Source: a virus. From it: a stretch of DNA of 64,000 nt. Every line of letters begins with the position of its first letter. The stretch's first letter is position 1. Positions 9,701 through 20,800 of this stretch are shown here, piece by piece. The position numbers were made by a program, and so were the translations under genes. The notes beneath the pieces are model-generated. The model had not been told where the DNA came from and ran no database searches. It was given only the letters and a program-made list of their open reading frames with translations. Location: the IMG/VR virus record IMGVR_UViG_3300031857_000055, positions 1 through 64,000 of that record; one strand, 5' to 3'.

Positions 9701-10987
9701 GCTATCGGTGAGGTCACCGGACCTCCAGGCATTGCGGCAATTACTGCTGCCCCCGCCGTACCCGGAACCACTAATATTACTACTACACTGTCTTCAATTG
9801 CTGATGTATCATCCGAAATTGGTACTCTTCCCAACACGATTGGTGTAAGCACTGTTAATAATGCGATAGTTATTTCAACTTCAGCAGACCAATTAGTAGC
9901 GGAAGGAACTGGTGCAGTCAATGCAATTAGCGATTTAGCCAATGCAGGCAACAACTTAGAAAATGCCGGGCAACAAATCACTACACTGATTGACTCAACT
10001 ACAGGCAATGGTGTAGATAATTTGGCAAATAATATTAGCGGTGCAGTTGACAACATTAACAGCTTAGCAGGAGGAGCAACGTCACTTAAGAACGGCTTGT
10101 CAGGTCTAGCTAATGCTGCTAAGAAGGCACAGGGAGGCGGACTTGCTGCTAGAGCATCTGCACTGGCTAGCGGGGTAAGTAATTTGCCAGGCGGAATCAA
10201 AGCCTTCTCCAGTGTGTTAGATAAAGCAGATGAAGCTGCTAATCAGATACCAGGTACCGGTCAGTTAACAGGTCTGATGAATGATTTGCAGACGGGAGTT
10301 AAAAATGGACTTGGCAGTGCTACATCAACCCTAACTTCAGCAGGTAATGCATTGAATGCAGCTTCATCTGCATTGAATACAGCAAATAGCATAGTAGGAG
10401 CAGCAGGTGATACAACAGCGGCATTGGGTAACTTAAGTTCAGCAGCCAGCAAAGCGGGCGGACTCACTTCGGCTATTGCAAGTAAGCTTCCAATAGGACA
10501 GGTTACTCAGCTACTAACATCTGTGAGTGCTTTGGGCGCTGGCGGAGCAAGTCCTATCAGACTGCCTAGCTTGGGAGTCAACACGACAAACAGAGACGGC
10601 ATTACTGCCCAAATTAGAGGAGTATTGGGTGATGCTAGAATTCCAATACCAAATCTGTTAGGAGACATTATAGGTGATGCTATTGACAGTATAGAAAAGA
10701 GGGCACGTACTTTAAGAGAAGAAAGACGCCGAATTCAAGCACAACTTGACACTGCAAAGGAAGAAGAAACCGCAGCAGGTGATGCATTCATTGTTGCATT
10801 TAATACTCTGCCAGCCGGCGACCCAAGTATTGCTGCACTAGAACAGAGGTATCAGGAAGCAACAACTAAAACTCAAAATTTAGTACGAGAACTAGCAAAT
10901 GTAGGCAAACGTCCAAGAAAAGCTGCACCAGCGACAGACCCAGCTGCTGCTGGAACGCCCCCGGCCGGTACCGGAACTACTACGTAA
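6788..10987 (+). CDS. gp5: Baseplate central spike protein (T4 gp5/VgrG-like OB-fold plus beta-helix) with an about 900-aa Ala/Gly-rich C-terminal extension
   Basis: GIVKNNID..RSGKIWV and PPDIGTEVVCIFINGD..RGFYIG (gp5 OB fold), then GHSIVMDD, GHQIMMSDD and SYIELGKEGTVDI beta-helix repeats. It is followed by gp25 and gp6. Confidence 0.85.
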   Translation: MPVDSFKPRGTNKLNRPTRDGGGSKNYPIIGIVKNNIDANRSGKIWVALQDGKGPTNPNSRSGWTQVQYLSSFFGVVQANGGANDLGSYTNNSSSYGHWQAPPDIGTEVVCIFINGDINRGFYIGAIPTPQTLQMVPAIGARDVVTLNEGEASGFGGATRLPVTNINTNNTNVSNSNEFLDTARPVHSYAASIMQQQGILRDPIRGPISSSASREPTSRVGWGVSTPGRPIYEGGYTDETLPDNLEQGNAERLNVIARRGGHSIVMDDGDIIGRDQLIRIRSALGHQIMMSDDGQTLSILHSNGQSYIELGKEGTVDIFSTNSINMRTQGDFNIHADRNVNIHAMENFNLQAKNIHTNSDEITKSRAGKEYSITALNNFTVKATAAIAMLAGGQASMVAGAEAFVNGDKVNLNSGSPALLPPDVPIIPVTAQTDTLFDEGVGWAAAPARLLSIASRAPAHYPWVNAGMGVDIRNSPNAADNLPAPSSPPVQQLNAQAEATRPTPPAVATVASVPPVPASSPTLGAGTTNAVLASTATAAAEGPAAEATAAGAGVVKKPGSSLISGINSALRVAAAVGGGIAAIRQLTSASSAGQALIAVGSFGQSADQLARSGVLKPGSESLVNGLASAGKTLTNTLPASVFTGRAGAETVEQLAANPDAQATAAVNLMTTAQQELTQAGVINGSESTTQTAGLIAAASTLGTDAVVDAVKQSSTATEAVETATTNLTAAASAVGIPAAATAAAGANLVNNATASATALAGAAAGAKNVAGAIGAGISAAKLADSLGGLGGIANSLRALEDANSALTGLLDSVKGISGSAFSAVKDGFGKLEAGVPQNLSEIAKEKAAKTAVTENLPGSQPAFAKSLSSLVTKAGDAFNKAAKLSSDLSNSINSVVGPAGRALSGVAGAATGALGAATGAAGTITGAAGTITGAAGAITGAAGAVTTAAGAVTNAAGAVNSITGNVSNLTTAIGEVTGPPGIAAITAAPAVPGTTNITTTLSSIADVSSEIGTLPNTIGVSTVNNAIVISTSADQLVAEGTGAVNAISDLANAGNNLENAGQQITTLIDSTTGNGVDNLANNISGAVDNINSLAGGATSLKNGLSGLANAAKKAQGGGLAARASALASGVSNLPGGIKAFSSVLDKADEAANQIPGTGQLTGLMNDLQTGVKNGLGSATSTLTSAGNALNAASSALNTANSIVGAAGDTTAALGNLSSAASKAGGLTSAIASKLPIGQVTQLLTSVSALGAGGASPIRLPSLGVNTTNRDGITAQIRGVLGDARIPIPNLLGDIIGDAIDSIEKRARTLREERRRIQAQLDTAKEEETAAGDAFIVAFNTLPAGDPSIAALEQRYQEATTKTQNLVRELANVGKRPRKAAPATDPAAAGTPPAGTGTTT
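9501..9670 (+). repeat. 21-nt tandem repeat encoding heptads (TGAAGTI-type) within gp5
   Basis: ACTGGCGCTGCAGGAACTATT and degenerate copies in tandem, giving the protein ATGAAGTITGAAGTITGAAGAITGAAGAVTTAAGAVTNAAGAV. Confidence 0.85.
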
Positions 10988-10995
10988 ACTAAATA
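10988..10995 (+). promoter_or_regulatory. Putative late promoter (ACTAAATA)
   Basis: TAAATA box in the short intergenic gap, followed by AAGGA and ATG 11012. Confidence 0.55.
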
Positions 10996-11011
10996 TTAAA
11001 AAGGATAATTT

Positions 11012-11461
11012 ATGGCAACTTATTTAGGATTCAGTACGATAAATGCGTGTAACCCAAAAACAACGAATGCTACCTCAGGTAGTGCTGGCGGCCCGGGCGG
11101 AATCCGCGAAGGTATCTCATGGGGAAATAAATTTAGTCTCGTTGATGCCCAATTAGTAGTACAAGATTTTCTCAATGCGTTGAATATACGATTAGGTACC
11201 AAAGTGGGTCAGCCCGGATATGGTACAAGACTCTGGGACTTTATTTTTGAACCAAATACTCCAACTACACGAATTGATATTGAAAATGAAATACGACGAG
11301 TAGCCAGTCAAGACCCTAGACTTCAACTTGCAGAGCTGGTATCCTATACATACGATAACGGAATACTATTAGAAATACAGTGTGCAATACTGCCTTTCAA
11401 TCAACCAATTGCTGCAAAAATTTCTTTGAACCGAGCGACACAAACAGCCACTTTACTATAA
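11012..11461 (+). CDS. gp25: Baseplate wedge / sheath initiator (gp25 family)
   Basis: DFLNALNIRLGTKVGQPGYGTRLWDFIFEP...DPRLQL matches the GPW/gp25 signature. Confidence 0.9.
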   Translation: MATYLGFSTINACNPKTTNATSGSAGGPGGIREGISWGNKFSLVDAQLVVQDFLNALNIRLGTKVGQPGYGTRLWDFIFEPNTPTTRIDIENEIRRVASQDPRLQLAELVSYTYDNGILLEIQCAILPFNQPIAAKISLNRATQTATLL

Positions 11462-11479
11462 AATCTGGTTTTTTTCTAT

Positions 11480-11487
11480 GATAAATA
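11480..11487 (+). promoter_or_regulatory. Putative late promoter (GATAAATA)
   Basis: Intergenic box identical to that at 1902, upstream of GAGAG and ATG 11509. Confidence 0.7.
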
Positions 11488-11508
11488 TATTATCAATAGA
11501 GAGAAACT

Positions 11509-14500
11509 ATGGCAACAAGTTCAAGACAATCAGCACTATTTGGCCCCAACGACTGGAAAACCATTTACCAGACGTTCAACCAAGCAGACTTCCGTAGCTA
11601 TGACTACGAAACCCTACGTAAAGCATTCATTGACTACCTACAAGTAAATTATCCAGAAACATATAACGACTATGTTGAATCAAGCGAATTTGTTGCCTTG
11701 CTTGACGTTATTGCCTTTATGGGTCAAGGTCTTGCTTTCCGCAATGACTTGAATGCTCGTGAAAACTTTATTGATACCGCCGAACGCAGAGACAGTGTTG
11801 TTAAGCTTGCCAATCTTGTGAGCTATACTCCAAAAAGAAACATTGCTGGCCAGGGCTATCTAAAAGTCACGAGTATTAAAACTACTCAGAACCTAAATGA
11901 TCTTAACGGATTCAATCTAAGCAATGTTCCTGTATTATGGAATGACCCTGCTAACCCCAACTGGTTAGAACAGTTCAACACGATCATCAACGCTACCTTA
12001 GTAGATACACAGAGAATCGGTAGACCTGGCAACGTTAGTGAAATCGCTGGAGTAAACACCAGCGAATATAGCATACAGATTGCCCCTAATAATCTACCTA
12101 TCGTACCTTTTACAAGTTCGGTTGGTGGCATCAACATGAACTTTGAATTGTGCAGTGTGTCCAGCTTAGACAGCGAATCAATCTACGAAGTTCCTCCTGC
12201 TCCTAACGGCAGATTCAATATGTTATATCGTAATGACAAGTTAGGATTTGGTAGCCCCGAAACAGGCTTCTTCTTCTACTTTAAGCAGGGCAATCTACAG
12301 ACATTTGACTTCTCGTTGCAGCAGCAAATCAGCAACCAAAATATTGATATTGATATTCAGGGAATTAACAATTCTGATACATGGCTATACAAGATTAATC
12401 AAGATAACACAAGAGACCAGTGGCGTCAAGTAGAAAATGTTTATGCTAATGCTTCACTACAAGGCAATAGTTCATTCAAGCAGACATTTTCCGTAAGCTC
12501 ACGTTTCAACGATCAGGTCACCTATGTATTTGGCGATGGCGTATTCAGCGAAATCCCTGTCGGAAACTTCAGAGCATATGTACGTGCTGGCAATGCACTC
12601 ACCTACACTATCTATCCTTCAGACATGAATGGCTTGTCAGTGACATTCACTTATATTTCTCGTTTGGGTAGAGCAGAAACATTAACTGTTGGTCTAGCGT
12701 TGACCCAGACAGTAACGACTGCTCAGGCAAGAGAATCACTTGCAAGCATTAAGCAACGTGCGCCTACTCGTTACTATACACAGAACAGAATGGTTAATGG
12801 CGAAGACTACAACAACTTCCCATATACACTGTACAACTCAATTGTCAAGAGTAAAGCAATTAATAGATCAAGCGTTGGCGTCAGTAAAAATCTTGACTTG
12901 CTAGACCCTACTGGAAAATATTCTAGCACAGTAAGTTATGGCAATGACGGTGCATTGTATCAAGACGATGCCGACGGTAGCGAAAGCTTAACAATTAATA
13001 ATACCAGTGATATCATTGCATTCTTTACTGGTGAGCTAACTAATATATTGACGCTAAACAAAGCCACACAATACTATATTCAGAACTATCCAAGATACAC
13101 CGTAACTGATCAGAATACTCCTGCAAATGAAATAGTGTATTGGAGAACTAGTACCGTAAATGCAGACAATGAAACAGGTTATGTCTACACAGTAACCGGT
13201 TCATTAGAGCAGCCCACAAGCGTTGGTGTATTCAGCACTACTAATTTGAAATACATGACCACTGGTGCTATCGTTAAATTTACTGCACCCTCAGGTTTCT
13301 ATTTTGACCAAGACAATAGACTTGTAGCAGGTATTCCAGGTTCGGGCGACAGCACATTTATTTGGACTACTGTTCTAAATGTAGTAGGCGACGGCTCAAA
13401 CAACAATCAAGGTAGCTTCGCTAATGGAGCTGGTCCTATCAGACTTAGTGGCTATGTCCCTAATGATGTTATTGTAAGCACTATCATTCCTGTGTTCGGT
13501 AACATTATTCCTAGAGAAATAATTCAAGAGGCAGTAATCAGAATTGAACTGAATCAAGAATTTACATTAGTGTTTGATAACTCGCTACTAATCAATCAGT
13601 CACGCTGGTCTATTAAAAAGATTACTGACCCCAATTGGTTCGTAAAGTTTACCAGCTTAGGTAATAATAGATACACTGTAACATATAGATCATTGTCTTA
13701 CTATTTTGGAAGTGTCTCAGACACAAGATTTACTTTCGCTAAAGACGAATTAGTATACGATCCGTTTACTGGAAAGATTATTCAAGATAATGTTACGGTA
13801 TTGGGAATTAATACAGCACCCTCATCTACTACTGCGATCGGTAAGAACACTGAGATTAATATTGTTGGACAAACAGTTGAGAGCGATGGATACGTAAACG
13901 ACTTTGAAGTTGAAGTTGCAGCAACGGATGTGAACAACAATCAGTTGATTTTAAATCCGGACTTCTTTAATGAGATTACAGGTTTCGTAACGGGTAACAA
14001 TAATTTTGGTATATATGTTTTCTTTGAGACTGTACAGGATCCAATCAACCTCACCAAAGAGTTCATTATTCCTACCAGCTCAGTACGATTCCAATATCCT
14101 ACTCAAACACAGATTGAATTAGTGAAGTATGATTATCCAGTTGGACAATTGTTCTATGCAACTAGTGAAAATAAATTCTATAAAACAGTTCAGGATCAAA
14201 CTGTAACTACTATTGTCTACGATTTAGTAGAACAGTTTAATTATAGTGTGAAGTCAGGAAGACAGGGCCTGAGCTATCAGTACAAGCATAATTCAAACAA
14301 CACTAATAGAATTGATCCGGCAACTACTAACATTATTGACTTATATGTTGTCACATTCAGCTACTATGAACAATATCAGAGATATATTGTTGACACAACA
14401 AATACTATTCCTGAACCGAATAGACCAACAATTACTGAGTTGTCTTCGCAGTACACTCAATTACAAGACTATAAAATGTTGTCGGATTCTGTAATATTAA

Positions 14501-14883
14501 ATAGTGTAGAGTTCAAACCATTGTTTGGTCCTAAAGCAGTACCGGCACTGAGAGCGACAATTAAAGTAATTAAAGACAGTACAACAAATGCGAGTGACAG
14601 TGAAGTGAGAAGTGCAGTGCTAGCCGCAATGGATCAATATTTCAATATTAATAATTGGAACTTTGGTGATACCTTCTACTTCTCAGAACTTAGTGCATAC
14701 TTACACGCCGAATGCGGAGACTTGATTAGCTCTGCTGTATTAGTACCGAATGACCCCTCAATGAGGTTTGGAGACTTGTATGAAATAAAATGTAGACCTT
14801 TTGAAATTTTTGTAAACGCTGCTACATCAAATGATGTATTAGTAATACCCGCGCTCACACCCGACGAATTACAGATAAGATAA
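11509..14883 (+). CDS. gp6: Baseplate wedge subunit (T4 gp6 family)
   Basis: DYETLRKAFIDYL, ARENFIDTAERRDSVVKLA..VSYTP, VFGDGVFSEIP and ESLASIKQRAP..Y..QNRMV..EDY are gp6/BaseplateJ motifs. It follows gp25. Confidence 0.9.
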   Translation: MATSSRQSALFGPNDWKTIYQTFNQADFRSYDYETLRKAFIDYLQVNYPETYNDYVESSEFVALLDVIAFMGQGLAFRNDLNARENFIDTAERRDSVVKLANLVSYTPKRNIAGQGYLKVTSIKTTQNLNDLNGFNLSNVPVLWNDPANPNWLEQFNTIINATLVDTQRIGRPGNVSEIAGVNTSEYSIQIAPNNLPIVPFTSSVGGINMNFELCSVSSLDSESIYEVPPAPNGRFNMLYRNDKLGFGSPETGFFFYFKQGNLQTFDFSLQQQISNQNIDIDIQGINNSDTWLYKINQDNTRDQWRQVENVYANASLQGNSSFKQTFSVSSRFNDQVTYVFGDGVFSEIPVGNFRAYVRAGNALTYTIYPSDMNGLSVTFTYISRLGRAETLTVGLALTQTVTTAQARESLASIKQRAPTRYYTQNRMVNGEDYNNFPYTLYNSIVKSKAINRSSVGVSKNLDLLDPTGKYSSTVSYGNDGALYQDDADGSESLTINNTSDIIAFFTGELTNILTLNKATQYYIQNYPRYTVTDQNTPANEIVYWRTSTVNADNETGYVYTVTGSLEQPTSVGVFSTTNLKYMTTGAIVKFTAPSGFYFDQDNRLVAGIPGSGDSTFIWTTVLNVVGDGSNNNQGSFANGAGPIRLSGYVPNDVIVSTIIPVFGNIIPREIIQEAVIRIELNQEFTLVFDNSLLINQSRWSIKKITDPNWFVKFTSLGNNRYTVTYRSLSYYFGSVSDTRFTFAKDELVYDPFTGKIIQDNVTVLGINTAPSSTTAIGKNTEINIVGQTVESDGYVNDFEVEVAATDVNNNQLILNPDFFNEITGFVTGNNNFGIYVFFETVQDPINLTKEFIIPTSSVRFQYPTQTQIELVKYDYPVGQLFYATSENKFYKTVQDQTVTTIVYDLVEQFNYSVKSGRQGLSYQYKHNSNNTNRIDPATTNIIDLYVVTFSYYEQYQRYIVDTTNTIPEPNRPTITELSSQYTQLQDYKMLSDSVILNSVEFKPLFGPKAVPALRATIKVIKDSTTNASDSEVRSAVLAAMDQYFNINNWNFGDTFYFSELSAYLHAECGDLISSAVLVPNDPSMRFGDLYEIKCRPFEIFVNAATSNDVLVIPALTPDELQIR

Positions 14884-14886
14884 GTA
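14879..14886 (+). promoter_or_regulatory. Putative late promoter variant (GATAAGTA), leaderless
   Basis: One mismatch to GATAAATA. ATG 14892 lies 5 nt downstream with no Shine-Dalgarno. Confidence 0.45.
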
Positions 14887-14891
14887 CATAT

Positions 14892-17800
14892 ATGGCACGC
14901 ATTAGAACACTAAATTTTCTTCCGGAAATTTTCCAAACACCCACCAACAGTCAGTTCCTCTCGGCTACACTTGATAGACTCGTAAGCAATCCTTCGTCAA
15001 CTCGTGTACAGGGATATGTTGGTAGCAAATTTGGTTCGGGAATTAATGCGCTTGATTATTATGTCACAGAGCCAACCAAAACTCGTGCAGATTATCAATT
15101 AGAACCAAGCGTGGTGTTTACAAAAGCAGAAGAAGAAATTGCTAATGATTTTATTACATACCCGGGCATAATTGATTCGCTCAAACAACAGGGTGCTATT
15201 ACTAATAACAACGATAGATTATTCAACAGTCAAATCTACTCATGGGACAGCTTCACTAATCTAGATAAGTTGGTCAACTATTATGAATACTACTGGTTAC
15301 CAATTGGTGCCCCAGCAGTTACAGTTGCTCCCAGTACTGTATTCATCAACCAAGATTATGTTGTCACTGACTTCCCTAATAGCTATGAAATCAGCGAAGT
15401 CGGATCAGCGATTGGAACAGGAACGAATCCTACAATCTCAGTGATTCGCGGTGGCACATATAGATTTGAAGTAAATCAAACTTCACAGTTCTGGATTCAG
15501 ACTGAGCCAGGTACTAGTGGATTTTCTCCCACACAAGAAAATCTACCTACAAGAGAAGTATTTGGTGTGGATAACAACGGTACTGAAGTAGGCATCGTAA
15601 CATTCAACGTCCCATTCAAGAATGCACAGGATCAATTTGTTTTCCCTGGCAACAATATGGTTGACGTAATTTGCAATATTCCGTTTGATCAGGTTAACGG
15701 TAGAAATCTGTATACGATTAATGACCCTGCTACAGGCGTAATTTATCCCGGACTAGATAATATTGACGGTGTGACTGGCTTAGAAGGCCTAAGAATACTG
15801 TTCTACGACACCGGAGTACCAGATGAGCAAGGATTCGTCTCATCGTATTATGACAGCACAACTTATGACGTAAATGATCCGTCCTTTACAGAACCTAAGA
15901 CTGTCACTGTCGGTAGCACTAACGCTAGTGGTAATAGATTATCAATGGCATCGGGCTTCACTACAGATGAACTAATTCCTAATCAAACTGTAACCTTTAG
16001 TGGAGTGCTATTAGGTGGCATCGTTGAAGGTCAAGTATATTTTGTAAAAGATATTATCAACTCAACCGACTTCACTATTTCCGAAGACCTTGAAGGTGAT
16101 ACTGTAACTGTATTTTCTCAGTCAGGCGCCAACATGATTGTTAACATCAATCAGGGCCAGTTTCAGAATGGATTTAACACTGTAGTAAGTGAGAACTTCT
16201 ACAGAATTCAGTATGTAGGTGATCCCGATAATCCTATTATTAGACTGTTACCTGATGGTACTATTCCTAATAATGAAAAGATTTCTCCGAGATTCGGTGA
16301 CCAATACATCAGTAGATCGTTTTACAGAAATAATTTAGGTGTTATTAGTATGATACCTATTATTACTGCACCGCTTGATGTGTTGTATTATCAAGATGGA
16401 ATCAATCCAAATAAAGTCGGCGTAATTAAAATTAATGATTCTGACATAGACAACTTTATTAATATTGAAACAGAAATCTTAGGTAGAACAACTTACACCT
16501 CACCTAACGGCGTACAGTTCACGAATGGATTGAAGGTTCAATTTGATGGTAACGTCTTCCCTAATTCATATCGCTCAGGCGAATATTATGTTGAGGGCGT
16601 AGGTACAGCAATAGAATTGATTCCGGTCAGTGAATTAATTGTTCCTGAGAAATTCTCTAGAGGAGACTTCATACCATACGATACTGTAGGCTATGACGAC
16701 ACTGATTATGATATTGAATTGTTTGTTCCAATTGACCCCGACTATATCACTATTACAAGAAATAGCATCAGCAAGAATGCATGGTCAAGAAGCAACAGAT
16801 GGTTCCACATTGACGTTATCAATGCCACTGCACAGTATAATGATAATCCAAATATCTTGACAGAATATGCGACTCTTGACAACAAAGCTAAGAGACCAAT
16901 CATTGAGTTTTATCCTAACTTAAAAATGTTTGATGCAGGTACTCAAGGTAAGAGACCAGTTGACTTCTTTGATACTCGTGCAACAGATGCATTGTCTCAG
17001 GTTGCAGGGTTAAACAATTATTTCCCTGACGTAGAAACCTATACTGGCAACACTGCTGTAGTTGCAAGCACACCAACTGTCATAGTCAATGTAGTATCCA
17101 TGGAGCTGGGTAAAACATATGAGCTTGTCAACGTTGATGACACTATACAAGATTCATGGAATGAGTTAGCAGGAACGTTGGGCGTTACGTATTTTCCGGG
17201 TGACAAAATCGTATGTGTTAAAGACGGAAACGATCTCCTAGTTCCTGGCACCGGTACTGGACGCTTAATAGATGATCAGACAACTGTAACTGTTCCGTCA
17301 GACGATGTTACTGGGGTATTCCAAATTGGGATGTATGTCGGTGACGTATTAAATATTATACCTACTAATGCACAGATTATTAATCTCACTGATGACGGGA
17401 CAACGACCACTCTCACTATCAATTATCCGTTCCCACAAGACATTGTTGGCGGAACAACATCAATCGTTGGTACTGACACTACAGTAAGCAACTATTCTGT
17501 TTTCCCTGGATCAAGAATTATTTTCTCTAACGATACCGACGAAGGTACAAAGCATAAGATTTACGTTGTAGATATCGTTGTTACTACTTTAGGTGGTAGT
17601 CCACAGATTGTGTTGATTGAAGCTGAAGACACTAATGTTGAAGTAGATCAGCAGGTTGTCATCACGAGAGGCTTCACCGAGCAAGGTAAAACATTCTATT
17701 TTGATGGCATTGAATGGCTACAAGCACAGCAGAAAGTAACTGTTAATCAGGCTCCTCTATTTGATGTGTTTGACGATAATGGTATAAGTCTTTCAGACAG

Positions 17801-20800
17801 CACAGTTTATAATAGTACAAGCTTTACTGGAACTACGCTTTTCTCATATGGTATTAATCCATTAACAGTTGACGATCCTATCTTAGGTTTCCCTGTAAGA
17901 TTCACTGATGTAGGCAATATCGGAGATATTAGCTTTGACGTTACTATCAATTCTGATACCTTTAACTATGTGCGCGGTATTGAATCAATAACACAGCAAG
18001 TAAATACTGGTTACGTACATAACTATATCAATAGAATTGAATTTGCTAGAGAATTGGGCTGGGTAACAGCAGTAGAAAACAGTGTACAGTATCAAGAATT
18101 CAACTTCAGATATAATGTTGCTACCCCAACAACTCAGTTTGTTTGTGATGTTGCTGCGTTACCTGAAGTAGAATTTGACAGTGTAGGTTGGCCAAGAGTA
18201 AAAGTATATAACAATAACAAGTACCTAGAACCAACTGATTACACCGTTGAAATATTTGATACTGCTACAAGAATTACCTTAAACAGTGCACCTGATGTAG
18301 ACACCGTAATTCAAGTATTGCTTCTGAGTGATCAAGTCAGTCAGAGCGGATTCTATCAGATTCCTGACAACTTGAACAGCAACCCATTCAACGAAGACTT
18401 GACTGTAGCAGATTTGGGTGACATTCGCAATCACTATCAAGATATCTTTGTCAATGCACCAAACACTACTGGTGATATCTTTGGCTCAAATAACTATAGA
18501 GACTGCGGTGACTTAACCCCATATGGTACTAAGATTATTCAGAACAGTGCTTCAATGGTACTACCGGGTGTGTTCTTACGTAAAACAAAATATGACCTAT
18601 TAAACGCATTGATGTTTACGAGCAATGAGTATGTCAAGTTCAAGCAACTATTGGTTGACACTGTACAAAATACCCAGTTCACTATTAGAAACACCCCAGC
18701 AGAAATTCTTGACGAAGCTATTGAGCAGATTGCAGCGAGTAAGAGTGAGATTAGCTCATTCTACTGGTCAGACATGCTGCCAAATAGATCGCCGCTAGCG
18801 GTAAATACATATAACTTTAATAGCAACACCGACGTAACTCGCTATCCGTTGAGCAAAGTTTATAATTTTGAATCAGCTAACTATGACAGCGTATTAGTAT
18901 ACTTGAACAGAACCGTCAATAACAATCTAGTACAAAGACAGCTCCTAAGAAATGTGGACTACACTATCAGTGCTGATAGCCCAACTGTCACCGTTACTTT
19001 AGATTTGGTACCCGGCGACCAAATCATAGTTAAAGAATATAATCAGACATATGGATCATTTGTTCCTTATACTCCGAGTAAGCTCGGACTCTATGCTTTG
19101 TACGAACCTAGTGTTGTATTAGACAGCAATTATTCTACACCTACATATTTCATTAAGGGACACGACGGATCATATACAAAGCTATATGGTACCTACATTC
19201 CTCAGACTGACACACTTTTAGACTTCAGAGACCAAACACTATTGGAATTTGAAAAGAGAGTTTACAACAACGTTAAGCTAAGCACAGAAGTTCCAATCAA
19301 GTTCTATGACGTATTGCCTGGCTTCTTCAGAGACAGTGACTATTCATATGATGAATGGTTGCAGATGTATTCAACTAATTTCTTGAATTGGGTTGGTCAG
19401 AACAGAATTGATTACAAGACTCAGTTCTTTAATAGAAACAACGAGTTCACCTACAACTACACTAACTCAAGCAACAAGTTGACCGGCGAGCAAATCCAAC
19501 AGGGTTATTGGAGAGGCGCATATCAATATCTATATGACACTACTACTCCTAATCTGACCCCATGGGAAATGTTAGGGTTCGCTAACAAGCCTACTTGGTG
19601 GGAGGAGCGCTATGGTCCCGCTCCATACACAAGCGACAACTTAGTATTGTGGGGAGACCTTGAATCAGGTAGAGTATATTCAGCAGATGGCACAAGTGTT
19701 ATTGTTCCTGAAGTAGCTCGCCCTGGACTTTTAGATATTATCCCTGTCAATTCAAATGGCAATTTGCTAAGTCCATTGAATAGCATCGTGGGGACTTATA
19801 ATGCAAATACTTTCCAGAAAGATTGGAAAGTAGGTGATGATGGCCCGGCTGAACTTAGCTATCGTCGTAGCTCAACATATCCGTTCGACGTTATCAAGTT
19901 GTTTGCAATGACAAAGCCTGCTGAGTTCTACAACTTAGCAGTTGACCTAGACAACTACAAATACAATGCTGAGTTTAATCAATATTTGGTAAACAACCGT
20001 GACCACTTGATTATCAGTGATGTTGAAATTTACGGTGATGGTATTGCTAAGACCAGTTATATTAACTGGATCGTAGACTATGAAAAGCAGTTTGGAGTAG
20101 ATACTACTCAAGAAATCAAACAAGCATTGCGTAATCTAGATGTTAGATTGGCATATCGTCTTGCAGGCTATAGTGACAAGACGTTGCTTAAGTTCTATGT
20201 TGAAAAGGGTTCACCAAATACTGCCAACGCATCATTGTTGATTCCTGACGAAAGCTATCAGGTTCTTCTTTATGATAACCAGCCATTCGACAAGGTAGTT
20301 TTCTCTAGCGTAATCATTCAGAAAACTGTTCAAGGTGGATTTACTGTTTTTGGCAATTCACAGTCCTTTGCTTACTTTATAATTAAGGCACCTGTTAATA
20401 GCGGTAGAAGCGAACTTGTTACTGTATTAGATAAGACAGTAAAATTAGCAACTGATTATTCATCTAAGGAAGTACTCGTCCCTTATGGCACAACCTTCTA
20501 CAGCATACAAGAAGTTGCACAATTCCTAATGAGCTACAACGCATACCTAACAGACAAGGGTATGAAGTTTAATGAAGTACAGGCTGGTACCGAGATCAAT
20601 TGGGAATTGATGGTACAGCAGTTCATGTATTGGACTCAGATGGGCTGGGAAGACGGAAGCTTGATTACATTAAATCCTGCTGCCAACGATCTTGTCTTTG
20701 ATAAAGAAGGAAGCATTGTTCAGCCGCTAACCATCCAACAGCAGAACTTCATTCTTAACCAAGACCTGTACCCTATTCAGATTAATACTCTTTGCGTGAA

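Noticed and set aside
8854-10200. 448-aa antisense ORF, plus the many shorter antisense ORFs within structural genes
   Set aside because: Shadow of Ala/Gly/Thr-rich codons on the plus strand, with no RBS or recognisable motifs, and fully nested in well-supported genes.
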